From Roseiarcus sp. (GTDB lineage Bacteria; Pseudomonadota; Alphaproteobacteria; Rhizobiales; Beijerinckiaceae): 64,000 nt of DNA. The stretch covers positions 73 to 64,072 of the forward strand of contig JBEKEI010000011.1 in assembly GCA_050013915.1 (NCBI GenBank), written 5' to 3'. Below, piece after piece: positions 19,411 to 29,081 of this stretch (the stretch's first letter is position 1; each line of letters begins with the position of its first letter). The notes beneath the pieces were generated by a model. The model had not been told where the DNA came from, ran no database searches, and saw only the letters and a list, made by a program, of their open reading frames with translations. The position numbers and the translations under genes were made by a program.

Positions 19411-19935
19411 CTATGCAAGGCGCGGCGCCGCGTCGTGGCGGGCGCCCGTCCCGACGGCGGCCGACGCGGCGATCAGCGCATGGCGCGCCCGAGCGAGCCC
19501 GGACATCGCCACGTCGACCGGCGCACCAGTCACCGCGGCGATCTGCCGATAGGACAGGCCGAAGCGATCGCGCGGCACGAGAAACTCGCGCAGCGGCGCC
19601 GGCAACGACGCGATCGCCGCTTCGCGCGCATGCGCGTCCCATCCCGCGATGGACGCAGCCTCCGGCAGTCTTGCTTCGGCCGGGTCGGAGCCTGCGCCCC
19701 GGAGCCCACCGAGAGTCTCGATTGATCCCAAGGCCTCGGGCCGATGGCGACGCAGCCAGTCGAAGGCGGCGCGGCGCACGATGCCCAGAACCCAGGTGAG
19801 CGCCTCGCCGTCGGCGAAACCGCCGATCGCGCGCAACGCCCGCCCGCCTCTGCGACGACCTCTTCGGCGATCGTCCAGTCGGCGTTCCGCCGGGCGAGGG
19901 CGGCGGCGATCAAGGCGATCGCGCTCGATGGTCGG
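19411..19935 (-). pseudogene. ECF sigma-70 factor remnant (N-terminally truncated, frameshifted)
   Basis: Region 2 (RALRAIGGF...TWVLGIVRRAAFDWLRR) and region 4 (LPAPLREFLVPRDRFGLSYRQIAAVTGAPVDVAMSGLARARHAL) are in one frame. The preceding IALIAAALARRNADWTIAEEVVAEA is in another. There is no start codon. Confidence 0.6.
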
Positions 19936-19955
19936 CTCGGCGAGGCGCATACCTC

Positions 19956-20615
19956 TATGGCCGGGACTGGGCCGCCGCGGAGCGGGAGTACGAGCAGGCG
20001 ATCCGGCTGAGCCCGGCCTACGCGACGCTTCACCATTGGTACGCCTGGCGCCTGCTGGTCGTCGGGCGACCCCGCGAGGGCGTTGCCGAACTGGCGCGCG
20101 CGGAAAGTCTCGACCCTTTGTCGACCATCATAGGGGCCGACCTCGCCGACGCCTTGTGCATCGTGCGCCGTTACGACGAATCGATCCGACAGAGCCGGAA
20201 GACCCTGGAGCTCGACCCCAATTTCGCCGTCGGCCATTATCAATTGGGCCAGGCGCTGGTGCAGACGGGCGCCTTCGACGAGGCGATCGCCGAGTTCCAG
20301 AAGGCTATCGCGCTGTCCGGACACTTGAGCGCCTTCGATTCCAATCTCGCCTACGCCTATGCGACGGCGGGACGCGCGCAGGAGGCGACGAAAATCGCCG
20401 ATGATCTCGCGGCGCGCGCGGATCGCGACCAGTCCGCCGACGCCAATGTCGCCGTGATCTATGTCTGGCTCGGCGATTTCGATCAGGCGATCGACTGGCT
20501 GAACAAGGCCTATGAGGCGAGATTCAACCCATCCATCCTGTTGCGCCCGGCCCGGGATCCCCTGCGGTCCGACGCGCGCTTCAAGAACCTCCTGCACCGC
20601 ATCGGCCTGTCCTGA
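19956..20615 (+). pseudogene. C-terminal TPR domain fragment of a larger regulator-type protein (5' truncated)
   Basis: YGRDWAAAEREYEQAIRLSPAYATLHHWYAW...TLELDPNFAVGHYQLGQALVQTGAFDEAIAEFQKAI...DPLRSDARFKNLLHRIGLS. There is no in-frame start before TTG 20118. It abuts the sigma remnant. Confidence 0.6.
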
Positions 20616-20651
20616 GGGCAGGCCGTCGGGGTGGCGGGACGAAGGCGCACG

Positions 20652-21449
20652 TCACGGCTTTGGCGGCTCCTCGCGCTCGGCCGCCGCGGCGCGACGGAAC
20701 GCCTCGCCGAAGGCGTCGAGTTCGGCGGGCGGCAGGTCGGACACCGCCGCGAACAGACGGCCGCCTTCGCGCCATTCCTGAAGCTGATAGCCGTCGCGGG
20801 TGGCGTCCCGCGGCGCGCGCGCGGCGGCCCCGGAGGCGGGCACTTCGCTCAGCGCGATCTGATGCTCGCGGCGCTGGTAGACGAGCGTCGCGACCGGCCT
20901 GCCGGCGACGACGTCGATGCGGCCGCCGACCAGCGGGAATCCGTCCGCCTTGAGATCGACGACGGTGGTCGCGCCGGCGATCTTGGCCGCGAACCACGGC
21001 TTGACGGTATGGCGATCCGAAGTCGCGACGTCGACGGTCTGGCCGGACAGCCGGCCGCGGATGAAGCCGGCGACGATCGCCTCCTGGATTTCGTCGCCCT
21101 GCCCGCGCGAAGCGAAAAAGTCGAAGCCGCCGGCGCCGAGCGCGACGCCGAGCAGCAGGCAAGCGGCGAGCGCGCGCCAGCGCGGATCGGCGAGGCGCGG
21201 CGCCGGACGCGCCGGGGCCGGCGCCTGCGCCAGCGCGATCACCCGCGCGCGCAGGGCGTCGGGCGCGCGCTCGCGGGGAAGCCGGGTGCGCAGCGCGTCG
21301 CGCAGCGCGACGAGGCGCGCGTATTGCGCCGCCAGCGCCGGATCGCCGGCGAGCCGCGCCTCGACGTCGATCATCCCGGCCGCGTCGAGTTCGCCGTCGA
21401 GCGCGGCGTTGAGCAGCAGCATCGGATCCTCGGCGCGCGGGGCGGTCAC
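20652..21449 (-). CDS. anti-sigma factor (single-pass membrane)
   Basis: GTG 21449 overlaps the sigma stop. ...MLLLNAALDGELDAAGMIDVEARLAGDPALAAQY...one TM (WRALAACLLLGVALGAGGF)...periplasmic domain. Confidence 0.65.
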   Translation of the reverse strand: MTAPRAEDPMLLLNAALDGELDAAGMIDVEARLAGDPALAAQYARLVALRDALRTRLPRERAPDALRARVIALAQAPAPARPAPRLADPRWRALAACLLLGVALGAGGFDFFASRGQGDEIQEAIVAGFIRGRLSGQTVDVATSDRHTVKPWFAAKIAGATTVVDLKADGFPLVGGRIDVVAGRPVATLVYQRREHQIALSEVPASGAAARAPRDATRDGYQLQEWREGGRLFAAVSDLPPAELDAFGEAFRRAAAAEREEPPKP

Positions 21450-21997
21450 GCGCGGCTCCCGAGCGCGCCGGCGAGCAGCGCGCGCCCGCGCGCGAGCCGC
21501 GACATGACGGTTCCCTGCGGGGCGCCGGTCGCCGCCGCGATGTCCCGATAGCTGAGCCCGTTGATGTCGCGCATGACGATGACTTCCCTGAACAGATGCG
21601 GCAGCGCAGCGATCGCCGCCTCGAGCGCCGCTTCGTCGGCGGCGGCGATCAGCGCCGCCTCCGGATCCGGCGCCGGCTCGCCGGGGCCCCTTGCGGCGGC
21701 GGCCTCGAGCGCCTCGGCGTCGTCGGTGAGGACGACAGTCTTCGGTCGATTCCTGGCGAGCCAGGTGAACGCCGTGTTGCGAACAACCGTCAGCAGCCAG
21801 GCGCGCGGCTGCAGCACGACCGCGGCGTCGAGCGCGGCGAGCGCGCGCAGGCACGCGTCCTGCACGACGTCCTCGGCGTCGGTCCGGTTCCCGGTGAGCC
21901 ACCGCGCGAGGCCATAGGCGTCGTCGAGATGCGGCAGCACCAGTTCGGAAAAGCGCCTTCGCGCCAGTTCGCTCGTCACGGCTCCCCCCGCGCTCAT
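21446..21997 (-). CDS. ECF RNA polymerase sigma-70 factor
   Basis: 183 aa. LPHLDDAYGLARWLTGNRTDAEDVVQDACLRA...TVVRNTAFTWL...REVIVMRDINGLSYRDIAAATGAPQGTVMSRLARGR. Confidence 0.85.
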   Translation of the reverse strand: MSAGGAVTSELARRRFSELVLPHLDDAYGLARWLTGNRTDAEDVVQDACLRALAALDAAVVLQPRAWLLTVVRNTAFTWLARNRPKTVVLTDDAEALEAAAARGPGEPAPDPEAALIAAADEAALEAAIAALPHLFREVIVMRDINGLSYRDIAAATGAPQGTVMSRLARGRALLAGALGSRA

Positions 21998-22353
21998 GGC
22001 GCGACGACGATCTTGCCCTTCATATGCGGATGCAGGCCGCAGAAATAGGCGTATTCGCCGGGCTTGTCGAAGACGAGGCTGAACCGGTCGTTGGTGTCGA
22101 GCGCCTTCGACCGGTATTTGCCGTCGACCGCGACGACGAGATGCGGGATGTCGTCGTGGTTGACGAAGGTGACCGCGACCCCCGGCTTCACCGTGAGCGC
22201 GTCGGGGGTGAAGGCGAAATTGTCGATGTCGACCTCGGCGCTCTCGCCCGCCTCGGCGAGAACCAGGCCGCCGAAGCACAGTACGAGCGCCACTGCGGCG
22301 ACGATCCAGCCGACCTCGATGGCGCGCAGCCCCCTGTCGAAACTCCTGATCAT
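21994..22353 (-). CDS. cupredoxin-like copper protein (membrane anchored)
   Basis: 119 aa. FTPDALTVKPGVAVTFVNHDDIPH...YFCGLHPHMKGKIVV (H..C..H..M type-1 Cu ligand pattern). Confidence 0.7.
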   Translation of the reverse strand: MIRSFDRGLRAIEVGWIVAAVALVLCFGGLVLAEAGESAEVDIDNFAFTPDALTVKPGVAVTFVNHDDIPHLVVAVDGKYRSKALDTNDRFSLVFDKPGEYAYFCGLHPHMKGKIVVAP

Positions 22354-22363
22354 GGCGTCCTCC

Positions 22364-23293
22364 TCACGAAGCCAGGGACACGTCGGTGACGGCGAGCTCC
22401 GCCGCGCCGGGCCGCACCGTCACGGTGCGCACGCCGAGCAGGCCGCGCAGCTGCCCGGCGGGCACCAGCATCGGGCCGGGCGCGGGCGCCGTCCCCGGCG
22501 CCGGCTGCGGAAACGCGGTCGAGCGCGCGGTGTGAAAGGTGACGTTTCCCTCGACCTTCTGCATGAGCTGATGGATATGGCCGTTGAGCACGGTCACCGA
22601 GCCGAAGCGCGCGAGCAGGCCGAGCGCGCGAGCGGAATCCTCGGTGCCCCAGCCCCATTCCGGCGCGATCGTCCACAGCGGGATATGCGCGAACACGACG
22701 ATCGGCGTCGAGGCGCTGCGGCCCATGAGGTCGTCGGCGAGCCAGGCGAGCTGGTCGGCGCCGAGATTGCCCATGCCGCCGGCCTTGAGGTCGACGACGT
22801 TGACGAGGCCGATGAAATGGACGCCCGCCTGGTCGAACGAATACCAGCCCGCGCCCTTGGCGCCCTTGCCGTAGCGGTCGCGATAGGCGCCGCCCTGCGT
22901 CTCGTCGATCACATCGTGCTCGCCGGGCACGTAATGCACGTCGAGCCGCGCCGCGCCGATCGCCTGGTCGGCGTCGTCGAACTGTTCCGGCTTCGAGAGG
23001 TGGCTGATGTCGCCGGTGTGGATCATGAACGCGGGCCGCGCGGGCATCGCGACGACCTTGCCGATCGCCTCGCGCAGCGTGAGAAGCGCGTCCGGGTTGG
23101 CCGGCTTGTCGAAGCCGACGTGGCTGTCGGAGATCTGGAGAAAGCTGAAGCCGCTCTCGGCCGCCTGCGCCGACCCCAGCAGCGCCGATTTCGGCACGCC
23201 GCCGCTGAGCGTCCACAGCACGCCGGTTCCCGCCCAGATCATGCATTCGAGCGCCTGCCGGCGATCGACCCCGCTGTCCTTTTCATGCGCCAT
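22364..23293 (-). CDS. Tat-exported metallophosphoesterase
   Basis: The N-terminal DRRQALECMIWAGTG is a twin-arginine-like leader. SDSHVG, GDISH, GEHD and GHIH motifs. Confidence 0.8.
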   Translation of the reverse strand: MAHEKDSGVDRRQALECMIWAGTGVLWTLSGGVPKSALLGSAQAAESGFSFLQISDSHVGFDKPANPDALLTLREAIGKVVAMPARPAFMIHTGDISHLSKPEQFDDADQAIGAARLDVHYVPGEHDVIDETQGGAYRDRYGKGAKGAGWYSFDQAGVHFIGLVNVVDLKAGGMGNLGADQLAWLADDLMGRSASTPIVVFAHIPLWTIAPEWGWGTEDSARALGLLARFGSVTVLNGHIHQLMQKVEGNVTFHTARSTAFPQPAPGTAPAPGPMLVPAGQLRGLLGVRTVTVRPGAAELAVTDVSLAS

Positions 23294-23686
23294 GTCGGCT
23301 CTCCTCGTCCGGCGCCATGCCGGTTCGAACAGGAGACTCGGCGTGCGGGCCGGTTATTCCCGGCGCGCGCAAGAATTTGCCGCGGCGACGCGCCCCGCCG
23401 ATCCGGATCCGCCGCTCTCGCGGCGCAAATTCCCCTCGAGCGGGCCGGGAATGAACCCGGCGCGCCTCCGGTCTTGCTCACAGGCGGCGCAACAGCGGCG
23501 CCGACGGGTGGAGACGTTGATGACCAAGACGATCTGGATGGCGACGGCGGTCCCGGTGCTGCGGCGAGGGGCCTGCCGGCGGGCCAGGCGGCAAATCGGG
23601 ACATTTTACCGTCCGGCGGCAAATATTGCGGTTCCGGCGCCCGGCGCCGGCTCGCGCGGGGCCGCGGAAGTTGTAATCTGCCGCCG

Positions 23687-24346
23687 ATGAGCCCCCGTCG
23701 CCACATGCCCCTGTTCGCCGCCGCCGCCCGGCGCGGCTATCATCACGGCGCCTTGAAGGACGCGCTGGTCGAGGCCGCGCGGGCGTTGATCGCCGAGCGC
23801 GGCTCTGCCGGCTTCACGCTCGCCGAGGCCGCCAAGCGCGCCGGCGTGACCGCGGCGGCGCCCTATCGCCATTTCAACGATCGCAACGCGCTGCTCGGCG
23901 AACTCGCGCGGCGCGGCTTCGAGGCGTTCGGTGGCAGGCTCCGCGAGGCCTGGGGCGACGGGCGGCCCGACCCGGTTGCGGCGCTGTGGCGCATGGGCGA
24001 GGCCTATCTCGACTTCGCCCGCAAGGAGCCCGGCCTCTACGCGGCGATGTTCGCGGACGTCCGCGTCCTCAGCGAAGCCCCCGCGATCGAGGCGAGCGCG
24101 GCGGCGTTCGACAGCCTGCGCAACGCCGCCCGGGCGGTGCTCGCCCACAGCGGCGTCGCCGAATCGGGCGGGCGCCAGCTCGGCGCGCAAATCTGGGCGG
24201 CCGCGCATGGCGTCGCGAGCCTCGCCAATTCCGGCTATTTCGTCGACGGCGCGGCGGGCGGCGATCCCAGGACGATTCTCGGCGCCAGCGTCGGCGCGCT
24301 GATCGCCCAGGCGGTGCAGGATCAGGCGCGCGCGAAGGTCAGATAA
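23687..24346 (+). CDS. TetR/AcrR family transcriptional regulator
   Basis: From ATG 23687. LKDALVEAARALIAERGSAGFTLAEAAKRAGVTAAAPYRHFNDRNALL. Confidence 0.85.
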   Translation: MSPRRHMPLFAAAARRGYHHGALKDALVEAARALIAERGSAGFTLAEAAKRAGVTAAAPYRHFNDRNALLGELARRGFEAFGGRLREAWGDGRPDPVAALWRMGEAYLDFARKEPGLYAAMFADVRVLSEAPAIEASAAAFDSLRNAARAVLAHSGVAESGGRQLGAQIWAAAHGVASLANSGYFVDGAAGGDPRTILGASVGALIAQAVQDQARAKVR

Positions 24347-24951
24347 ACCGGTTTGCGCCCGTCGCGGCTCGCTTTCGCCTCGTAGCGCGTGCCGGGCCAG
24401 TCCGGCCACGGTCGGCGCCAGTCGTCGGCGGCGCGCGCGCGCCAGACGAACCGGTCCGAGATTGCGAAGCGGGCGAGCGTCCAGCCGGCGTAATCGTCGA
24501 TGTCGGTGGCGAAGCGCAATTCGCCGCCGGGACGCAGTACGCGGGCGAATTCGGCGATCGACGCGTCGGAGATCAGCCGGCGCTTGTTGTGCCGGCGCTT
24601 GGGCCAGGGATCGGGATACAGAATGTCGAGCCGCGACAGCGCGCCCGCCGGCAGCGCGGCGATCAGCGCGCCCGCGTCGCCCACCCGCAGCCTGACATTG
24701 TCGAGCGCGTCCTCTTCGACGCCGGCGAGCGCCTTGGCGACGCCGTTGACGAAGGGCTCGCAGCCGATGAAGCCGACGTCGCGCCGCGCGCGCGCCTGGA
24801 ACAGCAGGTGCTCGCCGCCGCCGAAGCCGATCTCGAGCCTGACCTCGCAGGGGACGAAGGGAAACAGGGCGCCGGGATCGGCGATCGGCCCCGTGGGGAT
24901 CTCGAGCCGGGGCAAAAGTTCGGCGATCAGCCGCGCATGATGGGCGCGCAA
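24322..24951 (-). CDS. trmB: tRNA (guanine-N7)-methyltransferase
   Basis: EIGFGGGEHL...LYPDPWPKRRHNKRRL. The start is uncertain: TTG 24951, or further upstream toward the metK stop. Confidence 0.85.
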   Translation of the reverse strand: MRAHHARLIAELLPRLEIPTGPIADPGALFPFVPCEVRLEIGFGGGEHLLFQARARRDVGFIGCEPFVNGVAKALAGVEEDALDNVRLRVGDAGALIAALPAGALSRLDILYPDPWPKRRHNKRRLISDASIAEFARVLRPGGELRFATDIDDYAGWTLARFAISDRFVWRARAADDWRRPWPDWPGTRYEAKASRDGRKPVYLTFARA

Positions 24952-25013
24952 GGTCTTGCCGCGGCTACGCCCGTAGAGGGCGCGCCGCGGCGTCCCGTCG
25001 GCGCCGCGTTCCG

Positions 25014-26255
25014 TCAGGAGACGAGGCCGCGCAGCTTGTCGCCGAGGTCCGTTCGCTCCCAGGAGAATCCGCCCTCAGAATCAGGCTGGCGGCCGAAGTG
25101 GCCATAGGCGGAGGTGCGCGCGTAGATCGGCTTGTTGAGGCCGAGATGCTCGCGAATTCCGCGCTGCGAGAGATTCATCACCTCCATCAGCGCCGCCTCC
25201 AGCCGGGCTTCTTCGACATGGCCGGTCCCGTGGAGGTCGGCGTAGATCGAGAGCGGGCGGGCGACGCCGATCGCATAGGACAATTGGATCGTGCAGCGGC
25301 TGGCAAGGCGCGCGGCGACGACGTTCTTGGCGAGATAGCGCGCGGCATAGGCGGCCGAGCGGTCTACCTTGGTCGGGTCCTTGCCGGAGAAGGCGCCCCC
25401 GCCGTGGGGCGCCGCGCCGCCGTAGGTGTCGACGATGATCTTGCGGCCAGTCAGGCCGCAATCGCCATCGGGGCCGCCGATGAAGAACTTGCCGGTCGGA
25501 TTGATGTGCCAGACTGTGCGCGGCGTGATCCAGCCCTCGGGCAGCACCCGCTCGACATAGGGCCGCACGATGCGACCGACATCCTCCGACGTGAGGGACT
25601 CCTCGGTGTGCTGGTGGGAGACCACGATCTGGGTCGCCTCGACCGGCTTGCCATCCTCATAGCGCACCGTCACCTGGCTCTTGGCGTCGGGCCCGAGGCG
25701 CTTCTCGGCGCCCGAGCGGCGCGCGTCCGAGAGCGACTTCAAAATCTTGTGCGCGTAATAGAGCGGCGCCGGCATCAGTTCGGGCGTCTCGTCGCAGGCA
25801 TAGCCGAACATGATGCCCTGGTCGCCGGCGCCCTCGTCCTTGTTGCCAGAGGCATCGACGCCCTGGGCGATATCGGCCGACTGTTCATGCAGCAGGATTT
25901 CGACAGCGACGTCGCGCCAGTGAAAGCCGGCCTGTTCGTAGCCGATGTCCCTGACCGCCGCGCGCGCGGTCGCCTCGATCGCCTCGGCGCCAAGGTCGGG
26001 GCCGCGCACTTCGCCGGCGATCACGATGCGGTTGGTGGTCGCCAGCGTCTCGCAGGCCACGCGGATCTGATAGGGATCGACGCCGGCCTTCTCGCCCTCG
26101 CGGAAATAGAGATCGACGATCTCGTCCGAAATTCGGTCGCAGACCTTGTCGGGATGACCCTCGGAAACGGATTCGCTGGTGAACTGAAAGCTCTTGCGGA
26201 TCACCGAAAAAATCTCCCATTGCGTTTGCGTCGGCTCGGAGGGCAACGGATCCAT
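25014..26255 (-). CDS. metK: S-adenosylmethionine synthase
   Basis: [20 protein letters not shown]...GAGDQG.MFGYA...[16 protein letters not shown]. An alternative start is GTG 26204. Confidence 0.9.
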   Translation of the reverse strand: MDPLPSEPTQTQWEIFSVIRKSFQFTSESVSEGHPDKVCDRISDEIVDLYFREGEKAGVDPYQIRVACETLATTNRIVIAGEVRGPDLGAEAIEATARAAVRDIGYEQAGFHWRDVAVEILLHEQSADIAQGVDASGNKDEGAGDQGIMFGYACDETPELMPAPLYYAHKILKSLSDARRSGAEKRLGPDAKSQVTVRYEDGKPVEATQIVVSHQHTEESLTSEDVGRIVRPYVERVLPEGWITPRTVWHINPTGKFFIGGPDGDCGLTGRKIIVDTYGGAAPHGGGAFSGKDPTKVDRSAAYAARYLAKNVVAARLASRCTIQLSYAIGVARPLSIYADLHGTGHVEEARLEAALMEVMNLSQRGIREHLGLNKPIYARTSAYGHFGRQPDSEGGFSWERTDLGDKLRGLVS

Positions 26256-26378
26256 CGCGACGGGACGGTTTCCCGGCGTCAGATTCGCGGCAGGCGCCGA
26301 AGAGGCGATGTTCTTGACAGGCGCCGTTCTTCAGGTCAAGCGATTCGATCGATTACGTTCTTTATAACGAACGCTCGC

Positions 26379-26809
26379 TCAATCCCTCGGGCTGTCGAGC
26401 AAGGCTTCGGCGGCCGAGCCGGAGGAATCCTGGGCGAGGGAGACGACGAGCGCGAGGACCCGCCGGCGCACCTTCGGATCGCGGATTTGCGAAAAGGCGG
26501 TCGCGAGCTGGACGCCTTCCGACGAGGAAAAGAAGTCGGTGGGGCCGGGCTCGGCGAAGCCGGCGGCCGCGGGCGCGTCGCCCGAGGGCGCGCCATCGAA
26601 GAAGAAGGCGGGCGCGACCTGCAGCACGCGGGCGATGTCCTGCAGGCGGCTGGCGCCGATCCGGTTGGCGCCCTTCTCGTATTTCTGGATCTGCTGGAAG
26701 GTGATGCCGAGCGCGGCGCCGAGCCTTTCCTGGCTCATTCCGACCAGCATGCGCCGCATCCGCAGACGGGCGCCGACGTGGCTGTCGATCGGATTGGGGA
26801 CTTTCTTCA
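26379..26809 (-). CDS. XRE-family helix-turn-helix protein
   Basis: 143 aa from ATG 26809. HVGARLRMRRMLVGMSQERLGAALGITFQQIQKYEKGANRIGASRL. Confidence 0.8.
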
Positions 26810-27004
26810 TCGGCGGCGTGATCCCAAGGCCTCGGCGGTCGCGCGGGTTGCGCGATCCCGACCGACCGGCGCGCAACGCCGGACGCCGCCGATTCGTAGT
26901 CCACGGGCGGCGCCCGCGCAATCGGCGGCCTGCGGATCGGCGCGCCGACTTGCGCAGCGGACGGCCGCGATGTATGCGCCCTGCTGGCGTCGGTGAGCGC
27001 GTAC

Positions 27005-27094
27005 GGAGGGGTGGCCGAGCGGCTGAAGGCGCACGCCTGGAAAGTGTGTATGCGGGAAACCGTATCGCGGGTTCGAATCCCGCCCCCTCCGCCA
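27005..27094 (+). tRNA. tRNA-Ser (anticodon GGA)
   Basis: Folds by hand. 7-bp acceptor GGAGGGG/CCCCTCC, anticodon arm CACGC-CTGGAAA-GTGTG, long variable arm ATGCGG-GAAA-CCGTAT, T-arm GCGGG-TTCGAAT-CCCGC, encoded CCA. Confidence 0.9.
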
Positions 27095-27166
27095 TTGATC
27101 CCGGGCCGCCCTTGAGGGTTGTGTTATCGGCACCCTATTTTTCAGATGCTTAGACTGCACAAAACT

Positions 27167-27309
27167 AACCGGGGCAAATTCCCGGGCACGCAGATGCAGC
27201 ATTTATTTATCTCGCAGTGGCGAGGTCGAACACTATCAATCGTCTGCGCCACCTACCGATCGGCTCTTTGCGTGCTTTTGGTGATCTTGCCCGGAAATTT
27301 GCCCCGGTT
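27167..27309. repeat. 22-bp inverted repeats (21/22) bracketing a 99-bp AT-richer core, MITE-like or large hairpin
   Basis: aaccggggcaaattcccgggca (27167-27188) against tgcccggaaatttgccccggtt (27288-27309). No flanking target duplication seen. Confidence 0.5.
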
Positions 27310-27450
27310 ACGAACGAAATGGCCTGGGAATGAGCGTCGCTCGATCGGTCTGGCCGAGCAACTTCAGCCCCCGCAATCACTCGCCAGCGGAACCGGCAGC
27401 TTGGTCGCAGCGGTTGAACGATTGGCGCCGCGCGACACGCGCTACAGCGA

Positions 27451-27600
27451 TTACGTCGCGTTGCAAGAGATCGCCGACTTCACACTGAGGATGGCGTGAT
27501 CCCGTCGGCGCCCCCGAAGCGCCTCACCGATCGGCATCTCATTGCGACCTGACCCATAGAAGCCGCCGGTGTCGAGGAGTTTGACCCGCTGTCCAACGCC
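27451..27600 (-). pseudogene. aldo/keto reductase fragment
   Basis: Only VKLLDTGGFYGSGRNEMPIGEALRGRRRDHAILSVK is recognisable (the AKR N-terminal region). There is no start and no remainder. Confidence 0.45.
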
Positions 27601-27808
27601 GCTCCAATGGTCGCAATGCTCTCCTCCCGGGCTTCTGAACGCGCAGCGCCCTAGCCATCCGACATGCCCAGGCATCCCGGGCCGATTGCTGATTCGGGGG
27701 GCCCGCTGGACCCTGGTCGACGAAACAACACAAGGAGCTCCGCACGTTTGTTCGACAATTGTCCGGAGGGGCCGGCGAGGACGTCGAGACCGCCTTGCCG
27801 CCATCGGT

Positions 27809-28546
27809 CTAGCGCTCCGTCCAGACGCCGCCATCGGCATCGTCATCGCGGGCGGTTCGACCCGTCGGTCCGCGGGCGCGGCGGCTGGCGGCGCGCACCC
27901 TGGCGTCGGCAAGGCGGCTCAAAAGAGTGATGACCGGTCGCAGGATCAGCAGATCCGCGGTCAGCGCCATCAGCATCGCGAATGCGCTGAGGCGCCCGAA
28001 CAGCCGCAGCGTCGGCAGGTCGGAAAAGGCGGTGACGGCCAGACCGCAGGCCAGGACGATGGATGTGACGATCAGCGCCGGGCCGATGAGAACGGTCGCG
28101 CGCTCCACCGCGATCGCCGGATCGTCGCCCGGCTGCTGCTCGCGCCGCATCCGGTTCAAGAAATGAATCGTCGCGCTCAGTCCGAGGCCGAAGGAGACGA
28201 TTAAGGCGACGACACTGGCGAATTGCAACCCCTCGCCCATCGCCGAAAGCAGCACGCCCGCGGCGAGGATCGGAAAAATTCCCGGCAGGATCACCGCCAA
28301 CGCCACCGGCGCGGAGCGGAAGGCGAGGCCGACAAAGGCGGCGACGAACAGGAACTCGATCGTCAGCCCGCGGCTCAACTTGCCGATCATGTCCGCGCTC
28401 GACCGCGCTGCGATGGCCGACAGGCCGGTCACGGCGATCTGGTAGTCGGGATGCGCTCTGCGAACGGAGGCAAGCTTGTCGTCGAGCCCGTTGACGATCG
28501 CCGAATAGAGCCCGACTGCGGTCGCGTTGTCGCCGCTGCCCGCCAC
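27809..28546 (-). pseudogene. MMPL/RND-superfamily transporter, C-terminal 240-aa fragment
   Basis: GDNATAVGLYSAIVNGLDDKL...LTIEFLFVAAFVGLAFRS...five TM helices...LLILRPVITLL. The roughly 600 N-terminal residues of this family are missing. Confidence 0.65.
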
Positions 28547-29039
28547 AGGCCAGGTCGGCGGCGCGCGTCATGGAGAGAAGACCGCTGCGCGCCCAGTATG
28601 ACGTGATGTCGAAGCCGGGCAGTTCGGCGTCCGGCCCCTTCTCCCCGAACCCCGTGAGATCCGCATAGACGAGGCGCGGGTTCCACTGCGCCACATCGTC
28701 ATGCTCGCGCTTCAATGCCTTGCGTGCGCGATGCGGCGTATTGACGATGAGCACATCGGCCCACTTGACGAGGGCCTCGAGAACCTGCTGAGCGCTCGGG
28801 GATTTCAGATCGAGCGTCATGCCGCGCTTGTTGCGATTGGCCAAATGCCAGGGATAGGCATCCTTCGCCTGCGGCTGTGGCGGAATCTTGTGCCCTATCC
28901 GCCAGAGGTCGCCAGCCGGAGGCTCGACTTTGATGACGTCGGCGCCGAAGTCCGACAAGATCACGGCAGCGCTCGGGCCCGCGATGAAACTCGCGAAGTC
29001 GACGACCTTCAAGTCGGAGAAGATATTGCCGCTTGCCAT
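28547..29039 (-). pseudogene. family III CoA-transferase (CaiB/BaiF), N-terminal 165-aa fragment
   Basis: MASGNIFSDLKVVDFASFIAGPSAAVILSDFGADVIKVEPPAGD...LIVN...SYWARSGLLS. The frame then runs out of homology into the MMPL fragment. Confidence 0.65.
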
Positions 29040-29081
29040 GATTGTCGCTCTTATTCGGTTCGAATGCTCATGTGGCCTGTT

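Noticed and set aside
26256-26378. Possible SAM-responsive riboswitch in the metK leader.
   Set aside because: I could not fold or match any SAM-II, SAM-V or SAM-SAH consensus by eye, and saw only a CUGACG-like string. An Rfam scan is needed before any claim.
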